A stretch of 64,000 nt of DNA, taken from assembly GCA_009914755.4 (NCBI GenBank), contig CP068257.2, positions 38,496,001 through 38,560,000 of the forward strand. The letters are read 5' to 3'. Positions 1-17,374 of this stretch are shown here, one piece after another. Under the pieces are notes generated by a model. That model worked only from the letters and a program-made list of their open reading frames with translations, was not told the DNA's origin and did no database searches. This stretch comes from the human T2T-CHM13v2.0 reference genome, Homo sapiens. The position numbers and the translations under genes were made by a program. How positions within the stretch are numbered: the first letter of the stretch is position 1; every line of letters starts with the position of its first letter.

Positions 1-601
1 AACAGAATAAAGAACCCAGAAATAAGACTGCACATCTACAACTATCTAATCTTCAACAAACCTGACAAAAACAAGCAATGGGGAAAGGACTCCCTATTCA
101 ATAAATGGTGCTGGGATAACTAGCTAGCCATATGCAGAAGATTGAAGCTGGCTCCCTTCCTTACACGATATACAAAAATCAACTCAAGATGGATTAAAAA
201 ATGTAAATGTAAAACCTAAAGCTAAAAACACTCTGGAAGACAGCCTAGGCAATACTATTCAGGACATAGGCATGGGCAAAGATTTCATGATGAAGACACC
301 AAAAGCAATTCGCAACAACAACAAAAATGGACAAATGGGATCAAGTAAATGAAAGAGCTTCTGTGCAGCAAAAGAAATTATCAACAGAGTAAACAGCTGA
401 CAGAATGGGAGAAAATTTTTGCAAACTATGCATCTGACAAAGGTCTAATATTCAGCCTTTATAAGAAACGTAAACAAATTTACAAGAAAAAAATAAACAA
501 TCCGATAAAACGTGGGCAGAGGACATGAATAGACACTTTTCAAAAGAGAACCTACATGCAGCCAACAAGCATAGGAAAAGCTCAACATCACTGATCATTA
601 G
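1..601 (+). mobile_element. Older L1 (L1PB/L1MA-like) ORF2 C-terminal/3' fragment; left half of an element split by the young L1 insertion
   Basis: Positions 1-600 are collinear with, but diverged from, the ORF2 3' region of the young L1 (compare 5440-6070). The sequence resumes after the insertion at 6775. Confidence 0.75.
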
Positions 602-615
602 AGAAATGCAAATCA
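602..615. repeat. Target-site duplication (left copy) of the nested L1PA insertion, AGAAATGCAAATCA
   Basis: Exact 14-bp match with 6761-6774, immediately flanking the L1 5'UTR start and the poly-A end. Confidence 0.8.
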
Positions 616-1643
616 GTGGTGTGGAGCCAAGATGGCGGAATAGGAACAGCTCCAGTCTACAGCTCCCAGTGTGAGCGACGCAGAAGATGGGTGATTTCTG
701 CATTTCCAACTGAGGTACCGGGTTCATCTTACTGGGGAGTGTCGGACAGTGGACGCAGGACAGCGGGTGCAGCGCACCGAGCATGAGGCAAAGCAGGGCG
801 AGGCATCGCCTCACCCAGGAAGCACAAGGGTTCAGGGGATTCCCTTTCCTAGTTAAAGAAAGGGGTGACAGACGGCACCTGGAAAATCGGGTCACTCCCA
901 CCCTAATACTGCACTTTTCCGATGGTCTTAGCAAACGGCACACCAGGAGATTATATCCTGTGCCTTGCTTGGAGGGTCCTATGCCCACAGAGCCTCACTC
1001 ATTGCTAGCACAGCAGTCTGAGATCAAACTGCAAGGTGGCAGTGAAGCTGGGGGAGGGGCGCCCACCATTGCGGAGGCTTGAGTAGGTAAACAAAGTGGC
1101 CGGGAAGCTCAAACTGGGTGGAGCCCACCGCAGCTCAAGGAGGCCTGCCTGCCTCTGTAGACTCCACCTCTGGGGGCAGGGCATAGCCAAACAAAAGGCA
1201 GCAGAAACCTCTGAACACTTAAATGTCACTGTCTGACAGCTTTGAAGAGAGTAGTGGTTCCCCTAGCATGCAGCTGGAGATCTGAGAACAGACAGACTGC
1301 CTCCTCAAGTGGGTCCCTGACCCCCGAGTAGCCTAACTGGGAGGCACCCACCAGTGGGGCAGACTGACACCTCACACGGCCAGGTACTCCTCTGAGACAA
1401 AATTTCCACAGGAAAGATCAGGCAGCAACATTTGCTGTTCACCAATATCCACTGTTCTGCAGCCTCCGCTGCTGATACCCAGGCAAACAGGGTCTGGAGA
1501 GGACCTCCAGCAAACTCCAACAGACCTTCACCTGAGGGTCCTGACTGTTAGAAGGAAAACTAACAAACAGAAAGGACATCCACACCAAAACCCCATCTGT
1601 ACGTCACCATCATCAAAGACCAAAGGTAGATAAAACCACAAAG

Positions 1644-2659
1644 ATGGGGAAAAAACAGAGCAGAAGAACTGGAAACTCTAAAAATCAGAATGCCTCTCCT
1701 CCTCCAAAGGAACGTAGCTCCTCACCAGCAACAGAACAAAGCTGGATGGAAGATGATTTTGATGAGTTGAGAGAAGAAGGCTTCAGATGATCAAACGACT
1801 CAGAGCTAAAGGAGGAAGTTTGAACCCATGGCAAAGAAGTTAAAAACCTTGAAAAAAATTAGACGAATGGCTAACTAGAATAACCAATGCAGAGAAGTCC
1901 TTAAAGGACCTGATGGAGCTGAAAACCACAGCATGAGAACTACGTGACGAATGCACAAGCCTCAGTAGCTGATTCAATCAACTGGAAGAAAGGGTATCAG
2001 TGATGGAAGATCAAATGAATGAAATGAAGTGAGAAGAGAAGTTTAGAGAAAAAAGAATAAAAAGAAATGAACAAAGCCTCCAAGAAATATGGGACTATGT
2101 GAAAAGACCAAATCTACATCTGATTGGTGTGCCTGAAAGTGACAGAGAGAATGGAACCAAGTTGGAAAACACTCTGCAGGATATTATCCAGGAGAATTTC
2201 CCCAATCTAGCAAGGCAGGCCAACATTCAAATTCAGGAAATACAGAGAACACCATAAAGATACTCCTTGAGAAGAGCAACTCCAAGACACATAATTGTCA
2301 GATTCACCAAAGTTGAAATGAAGGAAAAAATGTTAAGGGCAGCCAGAGAGAAAGGTTGGGTTACCCACAAAGGAAAGCCTATCAGACTAAGAGCTGATCT
2401 CTCAGCAGAAACTCTACAAGCCAGAAGAGAGTGGGGGCCAATATTCAACATTCTTAAAGAAAAGAATTTTCAACCCAGAATTTCATATCCAGCCAAACTA
2501 AGCTTCATAAGTGAAGGAGAAATAAAATACTTTACAGACAAGCAAATGCTGAGAGATTTTGTCACCACCAGGCCGGCCCTAAAAGAGCTCCTAAAGGAAG
2601 CACTAAACATGGAAAGGAACAACCAGTACCAGTCACTGCAAAAACATGCCAAATTGTAA
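1644..2659 (+). pseudogene. L1 ORF1 (ORF1p) remnant with several in-frame stops and at least one frameshift
   Basis: ATG at 1644 (atggggaaaaaacagagcagaag) and canonical stop at 2657-2659. Only 2267-2659 remains open. There is a TGA at about 1787 and a single-base deletion near 1860. Confidence 0.8.
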
Positions 2660-2722
2660 AGACTGTCGAGGCTAGGAAGAAACTGCATCAACTAACGAGC
2701 AAAATAACCAGCTAACATCATG

Positions 2723-6544
<3,822 letters not shown>

Positions 6545-6760
6545 ACAATGAGAACACATGGACACAGGAAGGGGAACATCACACACTGGAGCCTGTTGTG
6601 GGGTGCGGGGACGGGGGAGGAATAGCATTAGGAGATATACCTAATGTTAAATGACTAGTTAATGGGTGCAGCACACCAACATGGCACATGTATACATATG
6701 TAACAAACCTGCACGTTGTGCACATGTACCCTAAAACTTACAGTATAATAATAAAAAAAA

Positions 6761-6774
6761 AGAAATGCAAATCA
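6761..6774. repeat. Target-site duplication (right copy) of the nested L1PA insertion
   Basis: AGAAATGCAAATCA directly after the L1 poly-A; identical to 602-615. Confidence 0.8.
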
Positions 6775-7525
6775 AAACCACGATGAGATATCATCTCACA
6801 CCAGGCAGAATGACTATTATTAGAAAGCCAAAAAATAACAGATGCTGGTGAGGTTGTGGAGAAAAAGGGATGCTCATACACTGTTGATGGGAGTATAAAT
6901 TAGTTCAGGCATTGTGGAAGACAGTGTGGCAACTCCTCAAAGACCTAATGACAGAAATACCATTTGACCTGGCAATCCCATTACTGGGTATATACCCAAA
7001 GGAATAGAAATCATTATGTTATAAAGACACATGCACACATATATTCATTGCAGCTCTATTCACAATAGCAAAGATGTGAAATCAATCTAAATGCCCATCA
7101 ATGATAGACTAGATAAAGAAAATGTGATAAATATACACCATAGAATACTATGCAGCCATGAAAAAGAACAAGATCATGTCCTTTGCAGAGATGGATGGAG
7201 CTGGATGCCATTATTCTTAGCAAACTAACATGGAAATAGAAAAACAAATACCACATGTTCTCACTTGTATGTGGTAGCTAAATTATGAGAACATACACAC
7301 ACATAGAGGGGAACAACACACAACACAACAACAACACACACCTTTCAGAGGGTGGAGGGTGAGAGGAGGGGGAGGATCAGGAAAAACTACTAATGGGTAT
7401 TAGGATTAATACTTGGGTGATGAAATAATCTGTAAAACAAACTTTTGTGACACAAGTTTACCTATATAAGAAATCTGCACGTTACCCCTGAACTTAAAAG
7501 TGAAAAAATAACGAACTGCATTCCA
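6775..7525 (+). mobile_element. Older L1 3' end (right half of the interrupted element), including the G-rich polypurine part of the 3'UTR
   Basis: It continues the old L1 ORF2 exactly where 1-601 stopped (aaaccacgatgagatatcatctcacacc...). It is a diverged copy of 6075-6770 and ends ...cctgaacttaaaagtgaaaaaataacg. Confidence 0.75.
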
Positions 7526-7905
7526 TTAGAACTAGCCGTGAAATAAAAAGATATTTCCAAGAAAGCTTCAGGAATAGACTTCCCAAGAAATTTTATAAAA
7601 CCAGAATTGATTTTCACATGTCTGGGATATTTAGATGTAGCCTTGCCTCAAAGAAACCCTTCGAGGTTTTTTCCAGCCGTATGATTCCATGACAGGATGC
7701 TGGGGCTACAGTAATCCTTGGTTGATCCAAGAACATAGAGAGCCTAGCATCTGCCTGCCATGTAGAAGCACTGCACAAAGGTCTCATGTATATGATTCAT
7801 TACATGTGCGTAAATGGAATACAATTGTCTATTTTTAGGCCAACTTGTGGTATCTCCATAATTTTCAGATTTTCCATTATTAAAAAAAAAAAAAGAGAGA
7901 GATTC

Positions 7906-8272
<367 letters not shown>

Positions 8273-9134
8273 TTAAAAGCACAGGCACTTGATCCAAATC
8301 CTTCTGGGATACAAAGCATCCCAAAGTACATAACACAATTTCTTGCCTTATTAAGCTACAGCTTCATTACACAATTTAACCTCTTTTAGATGACTCACAG
8401 TCATCATCTATAAAATTTAATTCAACACACATTTGAGGAACATCCACTATTTCAGCACAATACCAGGTTTGCCAGTCTATGCCCATGTCTAACAATAACG
8501 CAAGAGATTGTGGTTATGTCAAAGTGAGGTTGAAAGTCAGTGCTGGGAGTACTGGGGCAGGATGGAAATGGGATCCCAGGGAAGGCAGGTAAGCATGAGG
8601 ACAAAGAGCTCAGCCCGCTGTGGGTTGCAGATCCCATCTTCCTTTGCTAACCTGCGTGACCCTGGCCAGATTGCAGAGTCTTCATTTCAGTATCACTGAG
8701 TGAAGATAACAATCATAACACCTCCTGCGTAAGGTAGTCACCAGAATTAACTGATGCAAAACAGTATTTTTAAAAATGTGAGTCATAGGAGGAATTTAAT
8801 GGAACATGACAATCACTTTAAAAACAAAATGAAATAGAATAGAAAAAAAGTCAAATGGAACAGAAAATATCGGAGGGCATCACGTGTAGTAAATGTAAGT
8901 TTGTGGTGTGCGAGTACTTTCGTGGCGTGATTATAACTTATATTTTCTATCGTGGGTCACCATAGGGCAAGTTCAAAAACCATAGGTATAAAGCTTTTGG
9001 CACTCGGTGCCTAATGTGTAGCCAGTGATAAAAAGTGGTGAAATAAAAATACAGCATTTAAGTTGAGCTTTAAACAATAAACATTTTTACCAAAGAGGAT
9101 GGAATGGAAAAGGTAAGAAAAACCCAATACGTGT

Positions 9135-9170
9135 ACACACACACACACACACACACATACACACACGTGC
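9135..9170. repeat. (CA)n microsatellite, slightly interrupted
   Basis: acacacacacacacacacacatacacacacgtgcac. Confidence 0.85.
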
Positions 9171-9526
9171 ACAAATGCAGACACATATGAGACATGGTAT
9201 TACTTAGATATTGGATGGAAGAAGGTTTTTAGAATATGAAACTAGACAGGAGATGCAGCTGGATTGTGGAAATCTATCTAGGTCATATTGAGAATTTTGA
9301 ATGTCTTTAGGTAAAAACTGCGAAGTCATCCAATAAATTTGCACTAGGAAATAACATGCTCAGATTCAGAATTGGAAAAAGGAATTGTGACAGGGATGTG
9401 GACAACAGACTGGGAGTTGAGCCTGGCAGTGGGAAGGCTTCTGACTTGGTTTTGATTCTCCAGGGGAGGACCTGAAGCAAGGCAATGGCATTGGGTGTGA
9501 AAGGAAGGAGATTAAGAAGACATTGC

Positions 9527-9791
9527 ATTGGGAGGCCGAGGCAGGCCGATCACTTGAGGTCAGAAGTTTGAGAGCAGCCTGGCCAACATGGTGAAAACCC
9601 CATCTCCACTAAAACCACAGAAATTAGCCTGGTGGGGTGGCGGGTGCCTGTAATCCCAGCTACTCAGGAGGCTGAGGCAGGAGAATCGTTTGAACCTGGG
9701 AGGTGGAGGTTGCAGTGAGCCGAGATTGCGCCACTGCACTATAGCCTGGCGACAGAGTGAAACTCCGTCTCAAAACAAACAAACAACAAAA
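9527..9791 (+). mobile_element. Alu (S-type), 5'-truncated by about 35 bp, with an 11-bp target-site duplication AAGACATTGCA
   Basis: Starts at ttgggaggccgaggcaggccgatcacttgaggtcag and has an A-rich tail. AAGACATTGCA appears at 9516-9526 and again at 9792-9802. Confidence 0.85.
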
Positions 9792-11214
9792 AAGACATTG
9801 CAGAGAGCTCTTGTGACATGATGTCACTTTGCTCATTTATTTCCTCTGATCATATTACCCTTTCCTGCCTCTGATTCATCAGGTAAAATTCTTCTCTTCC
9901 TGCAAGCCAGGGCTAGCTATGTGTTCCAAGCAACCATCTCTGGCCGTATGTTTGAGTGACACCCAGTCCGCGCTCCTGCACTGTGCTGTGCACATCATTG
10001 CTGTGTCCTCTGTCACATCACACAGAAGGGTGACATTGTCTAGTGTTTCCTGCCTTCCCTGGAACTTCTGGGTATGGGTTTGGAGCGTACGTCATGGTCC
10101 CTTTGTGGTTAAGACATGGACCAGAATCTTATGACAGATTCTGGCTCGTGATTTGTGCTTGGAGCGTTTACCTGCCTATGTCAGCGCCTCAGAGATTTCT
10201 TTCTCTTTGTCATGAAACCTGCCTGGGTCCTTCCTGGAGTGAAGATAGCATGGCATGTACTACCACATACTCACAATGAGCATGATCGTGAAAGAAAAAT
10301 AAAACCATTGGTTGTTGTATGGTTGTTGTAAATCACTGAGGTTTCAGGCCTGTTTGTGATGCCCCCTAACTCAGCATCTCTTGATTGATGTGATTCAGAA
10401 CCTGGCTCAGAGCTTGGTGTAAGAGTAGTGCTCTATGTTTATTTGTGGTAAAAATGAATAAATGATTAGGAGAGGAACTATAGGTAGCTTGAAGGCTTCT
10501 GGTCAGAAGGCAGCAGATTTTGTTAGATCGTAAGCTAAATCAGAACACAGGAAAAGAGGGAGACACAAGTATAAATGTGTTTGTGGGCACATTGAATGCG
10601 AAGTACTGGAGAGGTCTTCCTGAGTACGCAGATGGTGGTAAGCTGGAAATATAGGACTGACGGTTCTCTAAGATTGTCAGGATAGAGATAAAAAATGCGA
10701 ACTCTTTAATTTCAGATGATAGTTACATTATAAGAACAGATTCAATGATCCACAGAGATAGTGAAGAATATTAAGAGATAAAGGAAGAATATTGGGAAAT
10801 GCCTACATTTAAGGGTGGGAAGCAGAGGGACAAGAAGCAACAAAGAATAAAAAACATGATAATGGAAGCTAAGAGAAGGAGGATTTTAAAAGCAAATTGC
10901 TATCTAGTAGCGTCACTATATGCTACAGTGACATGAAATAGGGAGGGTACTGGGAGGGAGGAACGACGTTTTAATACAGCCAGGAGGTCCGTGTTCCGTG
11001 TGAGAGAGGAAGAATGAACACAGCGATGAGTATCATTGTAGATACAGATGAGCACGTTAGATGCTGCTTTCCAGATTCCACGTTATACCACTTTTCCACT
11101 CCTTGAGATTCCTGCACATTTCTGGTTCTCGGAAGTCCCCTTTCGCTCTCAGCCTGACTATGGCTTTATTTGATGCAGTCTGTGGCTGATTGGGAGGCAA
11201 ACACACACCTGTTG

Positions 11215-11400
11215 CCTGGGGTGGGAAGCTGTCTGGACCTGGTGAGTTACTTTGCCTCCCAGAAGACTTGTTTAATTCTAAGTTATGGGCTACAATGTGG
11301 AGAGCTTAATTGCCCAGGTCTTCTGGGTAAGAAGAGTAGTGGTGTATTCTCACTGATTAACTCAGCAACATTTATTGAGCACCTACTATGTACAGGAACT
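11215..11400 (-). mobile_element. MIR (ancient tRNA-derived SINE) fragment
   Basis: The plus strand reads ...ctcagcaacatttattgagcacctactatgtacagg. That is the reverse complement of the MIR 3' core (CCTGGCACATAGTAAGCGCTCAATAAATGTTG). Confidence 0.5.
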
Positions 11401-12866
11401 GAATAACATTATCATCTGAAGCTGGAATAACCAATGTGAATCACAGCTCAGAGATATTTTATGCCTTCTGATTTTTAGTTTTCATTAATGAGAAGTCTGT
11501 GCTTCCTAATTTTACATTTCTAAGCTCCGCAAATGAGATTAGCATTGTGAAACAGACAATGTCTATATCATAATGCTTATTTAATGTGTATATAGTAAAA
11601 GCAGTCTGTTTGTGAAAGTTTTTCAGACTGCTTTTATGTAGACGGGAGCGTTGGGGAGGAAATGAAGCTTGGCTGTTTTCTTCCTGGGACCTTAAAAGGG
11701 TTATCTCACGTCTTTGGATTTTCATTGCTTATAATAGATTGTTTGATCATTCAAACCACTATATATTAAAATTAATAGCCAGAATCCACAAATTATGTGG
11801 ATGAGGCTCTGAATCAAATGACTTTTGAGATTTTGCAGTTTGAATCTCTGATTGGGGAGTTTAATATCTCATTGCACTGTTGGACCCCCGAGGGAAAGTT
11901 CATGTTCAGTCCACATCATCTTTAGACAACCTGTTTGTAGATTCATTCTCAGTTACCCTAACTTGTCATCTGGCCACATGCAAGTTTCAAATTCTAATGT
12001 CTTTTTCTAAGCTAAACTGAGAGAGCACCATGAAATAAATGCCTATCAGCAGACATTATATGTCACATATTAGAGAAAAAAGCTTGTCTATTTTAACAGG
12101 GTTCTTTCCCAAGAAGGGGAGATGAATTTGGGATCTTGAGAGAAAATGACATCAGCGAGGAGGTTAGCTGAGGGACTCTTATAAAAGGGACCAAATTACA
12201 AGGCATATTGTGTCCTGATTTATCCCCCTATGTTCTACATTTAACTATGAAATCATTTCAAAGAAAAAAAAATTCAGATTTATGAGCAAGGAAAATATCT
12301 AGAGCTCATACTGTCCTCTGGTGGTCATTCGCACACATAGCCAGAAATGCAAATGCCTTGGAAAACTTGACAGCATCTAGTTTACCGACTGAAAGTCAAA
12401 TTGCAGAAACTGATGAAAACAAAACAAAACAAAAAAACACCCTCTTTCCTGTACTTTAAAGTTTCTTGATCATTTCATATTTAAAACAGAATAATGGATA
12501 CTATTTACAAGTATTCACCTCTGAAGAGAAATAATTGTCTCTGAGCTTGACTCTCACTGATACTATTTGATGTAAAAAATAGGTCTCGTGCTCTTAAATG
12601 ATGGTTGAGATAGATAGACAGGAAGGTGGATATGGAGAGGGAACTGTTTTTAGTTCACTTCACTTCAATTAAGATGCTCTGGGGTTCTGGGACCTCCTTG
12701 TAACACTTTCTAGGTATTATCTCCTGGAAGAACACAGGCACCTGCCCATCATATTTCTATGTCTCTAGTCTTTTTAATATGGTCAAAAGGCAACACAGAG
12801 ATACCCTGATAAAAATCTCAGCTGTTATTTCCCACCTTTTTCTGGTGGGTTTGCTCTCATTACTGT

Positions 12867-13249
<383 letters not shown>

Positions 13250-14521
13250 TGAAGAGACAGGAGAAATCCTGGGGAAATGCGTTTCTACCCCATCTAACAA
13301 CACCTGTGTGACTTTGTTTTCAGGATAGGATGTTTTTTCTTCCTTTTCTATTGTATGTAATTCTTAGGCCAGGAGGACAGAGCCAAATACAGCCTGTATC
13401 ATCCACAAATAGGGGCTTTCTCAGTAAGCATCAGTCACTAAGGACTCATTTCAAGTAAGCCAGGTAGGGATTTTTAGTGCAGAGATAAAGATAAGATGAT
13501 TGAGAAGACAAAACGAGAGGAAGCTGCTGGTCTTTCTATACCCTGCTAGGTGCTTTCTAGCCTGTTAGAGTCAAAAGAGCAACCGTGAATCCCATAGCAA
13601 AGAGATCAATGAATGAATGAGTGAATACTAATACAGATGCAATTCAAGTTCTAGTGGAAAATGAGTATACTTTATTTCAGCAATAATTTTTGTCTCTCTT
13701 TGGTGAATACGGGACATGTCAGTGATAAGCAGAAAAGCAGAAGCCACCCTGGGCATTGAGGGCACAATGGCTCAGCTTTTTTTCAGTGTCTACGCTGCTC
13801 TCCATCTCTGGGCTTTGATAGTAGGATTCAGTAAGTGAGGATTAACAGCATATTGAAAACCACATAAGAAGCCCAGAAAAATGTTGTGGAGTCTAACTCT
13901 GACTATTTACGTTTACATATTGACTTCAAGGGCAGAGTACTGCCATGAATGCATAAGCAGTAGAGAACACACCTTGCTTTTTCAGCAACAGACGGAACTT
14001 CATGGGCCAAGCAAGCCCACACACTCTCACACACTCACTGTTGGGGTACACCAGGCCTCAGGGGCACCTGTGGACTCTGAGCTTGGGCAAACATATCACC
14101 TTGATTAAAAGATTAATCCATAAATTTGTTTGGGAATATTTTTCAGCCCTAACAAGGAAGGAGATTCCATCGCATGCTACAACATGGATGAACCTTGAGG
14201 ATATCATGTCAAGTGAAACGAGCTGGTCACTAAATGACAAATGCTATATCATTCCACATGCATGAGGTCCCTAGAGGAGTCAAATCCAGAGACAGAAAGT
14301 AGAATGGTGGGTGCCATGGGCTGGTGGGAGGGAGGATAGGGAATTCGTGTTTAATGGGGACAGAGTTTCGGTTTTGTAGAGTTCTGGAGATGGATGGTGG
14401 TGATGGCTTCACAACAACGTGAAGGTATGTAATACTGATGAACTCAATAATCAAAGTGGTCAAGAGGGTAAGTTTTACGTTATGTGTATTTTACCAGAAA
14501 GGAAACAAAACCAGTGTGTAT

Positions 14522-14576
14522 ATTCACTCAACAAACGCTTAGTGAATGACTACATGTGTCAAGTTCTATGCTGGGA
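14522..14576 (-). mobile_element. Short MIR-like fragment
   Basis: attcactcaacaaacgcttagtgaatgactacatgtgtcaagttctatgctggg resembles the reverse complement of the MIR core; the match is weak. Confidence 0.3.
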
Positions 14577-14924
14577 GCTGGAGATACAAAGATGGAAGAG
14601 ACATGGCACCTGCTGCAGAAAATGTCATAATGTTTCCATGAAGACATCGTCAATTTTGGTGGGTCATTTTAATGTTTTCTTTTCTTTAAAATTTCCCTTT
14701 TTGATATGTTTTGGTGTGGTCTCAGAAGCAGTCTAACTTTATAATGATTATTCAGCAGGAATAATATGAATGATAACAAAAACCACACTTTGAAATAGTA
14801 AATAACTTTTAGTTCCTTCACAATGAACCAGGCTGACTGCTGTAACTGTAAGGGTAATAGATCTTCATTAAAGTCCCTCATTTCTAGCACAATAGGGTTT
14901 TGCCTGCTATTCTTTTCCCTGTGA

Positions 14925-15015
14925 GAGATGGAGGAGGGAAAGAAGGGAGGGATAGGGTGGGAGGGAAGGAAGGAGGGAGGGAAGGAGGGAGGGAGGGAGA
15001 AGGGAGGGAGGGAAG
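14925..15015. repeat. (GGGA/GGAA)n polypurine simple repeat
   Basis: gagggaaggaaggagggagggaaggagggagggagggagaagggagggagggaagg. Confidence 0.85.
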
Positions 15016-15380
15016 GCGTGAAGTGCTTATCATGATGAGTCCAACAGTAAAATCAATAGGTGTTGTCCACTGACTATCAATTAAGGCACAATCAAGGCCT
15101 CTGGGTTTTGATTTTGATCAGGCTGCTGGCAGTTTAGTGGGAACTCACCAAATAAACAATAATTCCAGACAATTGTCCCCCTTGTCATGATTCAGGAGCG
15201 TATTTTCAAATGAGGTGTAAATGAGGACTTTGTTTTGTATGTGGAGACAGCAGGGGCAAAACAAAACCACTGGAAAGACCCAGGTAGGTGGGAAACAAAG
15301 GAACGAAACTGTCCAGTGCGAGCACCTGCAGCTCGTCCCTGGCAGACGCTTGAAAGGCACTTGGTTATTTACCAACTTAC

Positions 15381-15514
15381 TGTGGGATAGGGGTGGGAGC
15401 AGAATACAGTGTACTTTCGGATGATGCCGTTCAGCTTGAGAGGGGGAAGCCAGGACACAAAGACCATGGAGGCTGAGGCCGCCGCTGCCTTCACACCCGC
15501 GGGAGGACCTGGAA
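15381..15514 (-). CDS. DSCAM: DSCAM-family exon (134 nt) encoding the start of a fibronectin III domain: (V)[44 protein letters not shown]
   Basis: On the minus strand the acceptor reads ctcttccag|TTCCAGGTCC and the donor reads CCCACA|gtaagttgg. It enters in phase 1 and ends in phase 0, which is consistent with the upstream exon at 25040-25195. It carries the FN3 hallmarks P..P, W and Y. The family call is firm; DSCAM versus DSCAML1 comes from memory, not from a search. Confidence 0.8.
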
Positions 15515-15644
15515 CTGGAAGAGCCGTGTGTTTAGTCACAAGGTGGGGCCTCAACTTGGGCTTGCGGACCCACGCTTCCCAACATGACCCCACTCCGCAC
15601 TTACTGTTCAGCTCTTTCAGGATGAGCGTTATGGGTTCCGCTGT

Positions 15645-15985
15645 GTCCCCCCAAATGCATATGTTGAAGTCCTAACCCCCAGGACCACAGAATGACACTG
15701 TAATTGGAGGTAGGGTCTTTACAGAGGTAATCAAGTTAAAATGAGTTTGTTAGGGTGGTCCCTAATCCAGTACTTCTGGTGTCCTTATAAAAAGGGCCAG
15801 TTTGGACACAGAGACAGACATGTATAGAGGGAAGATGATGTGAAGACACAGGGAGAAGAGGGCGTCTATAAGCCAAGGAGAGAAGCCCAGGACAGATGCT
15901 TGTCTCAAAGCTCTTAGAGAGAACCAGCCCTGCAGACACCTTGATTTTGGACTTCTGGCCTCCAGAACTCAGAGACAGCAAATAA
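15645..15985 (+). mobile_element. ERVL-MaLR-type (MLT1/MST-like) solitary LTR fragment
   Basis: It starts ccccaaatgcatatgttgaagtcctaaccccc, contains ...gtccttataaaaagggccag...aggagagaagcccaggacagatgc... and ends ...cagccctgcagacaccttgattttggacttctggcctccagaactcagagacagcaaataaattcc. That is the characteristic MaLR LTR architecture. Confidence 0.5.
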
Positions 15986-17374
15986 ATTCCTAATGTTGGA
16001 GTCTGTGGTCCTTTGTAGCTCTAGGACCTAATACAGTCAGTTCTAGTCCCTCTTGTCCTGGGGAGTCTTCCCAACCCATTTCAGCCCCTGGCAACTTCCT
16101 GCCTCTGGATAACTGGAGAATTAACTTCTGGATCAGTCTCATTTCTGCTGCAGTTTTTGGCTTTGAATGTACTGGGGATGAACCTTTTGGATCCTGAATT
16201 TGAGAAGCATGAGGGTGAACTACCTCAGCCATCAGAGACCCCACCCTCCCTCACCCTAGTCATTTTGTAATGGCACCACTTTGGGCTCAGGAGAGGTATG
16301 GAAATATTGTTGATGAATAGGGATTATTGGGTCAAAGATTCACAGTATCCATGTAAGACAAACTCTCCTCTGTAAACCAGCTAAGAAGGCAGAACATGGT
16401 GGCAGCAATACTAAGCATGATTTGGGAGTGAGATTGAAGGCATGTCCCACTCCTCTTGTTCTTTTATTTTCCAGGTTGAAGAGGTGAGGGCGGGTGAGAT
16501 GGCCAAGACAAGAAGATGCCAAAATGTCAAAGGTGCCAGTGAGGAAGGCATCAGAGCTCTTGCTTTGTTTCTCATTAACCTCACTGTCCATATGGAGGGC
16601 AACCACATTGATGGAGACATTGAAATTCAAACCAATAGAAGTCCCTTGCAAGCCCCTGGAGAAATCTGTGAGTCTTTTACTGCTTTGATGGCAATGCAAC
16701 TGCTCAGTAAATTGTTTTGGAGTTGAATGTGCTTCTCATAATCGTCACCTTGACTCTTCTAAGTCTGCATAACAAAACCAAGAGCTCTGGTGAGAACTAA
16801 CTTGGGTTGGACATAGTCACCATTTGAAAATATAAAATCTTGGTAATCCATTTTTGGCAAGTCTTGCTAACAGTGGAAGGTCTAGAAAAGGTAACACACA
16901 TAAATGATAGATCCTGGGTTAAAAAATCCCTTGAGAACAAACCTCTATCAGGTGAGGGTAATGTCTAAGACATCCACAACCTAGTTCAGAGCTGCCAGGG
17001 TTCCTCCTGAACAACAAGGGCAGAGTGAACGTTTCCTGGGGATTTTAATCCTAGTAGACACCCCAGCTTAGCCAACACTCTCAGTCCTTTCCATAAAGCC
17101 CCTGGTTGGTGTTCACCACAGTGAACATTCTTGCTGGACAGCTTCTCTTTAGGAGGCCAAGTAGTTTAGCACCAACCAGTTGAATGGCTGCTGAAGAGGA
17201 GTCAGTTGTATTTGTTTCCAACCTGTTTGTGACAATTGTACGTGTCATGGGTAGTACTGTAAGTTAATTAATTACGTAAACCAATGAAATTCAAGTGCAA
17301 GAGAAAGCTGTTTCTATGACAATTAATGGGACTACTTTGGAAAGCCTTCCTTAGAGGTAAGTTAGAAAAGAAAT

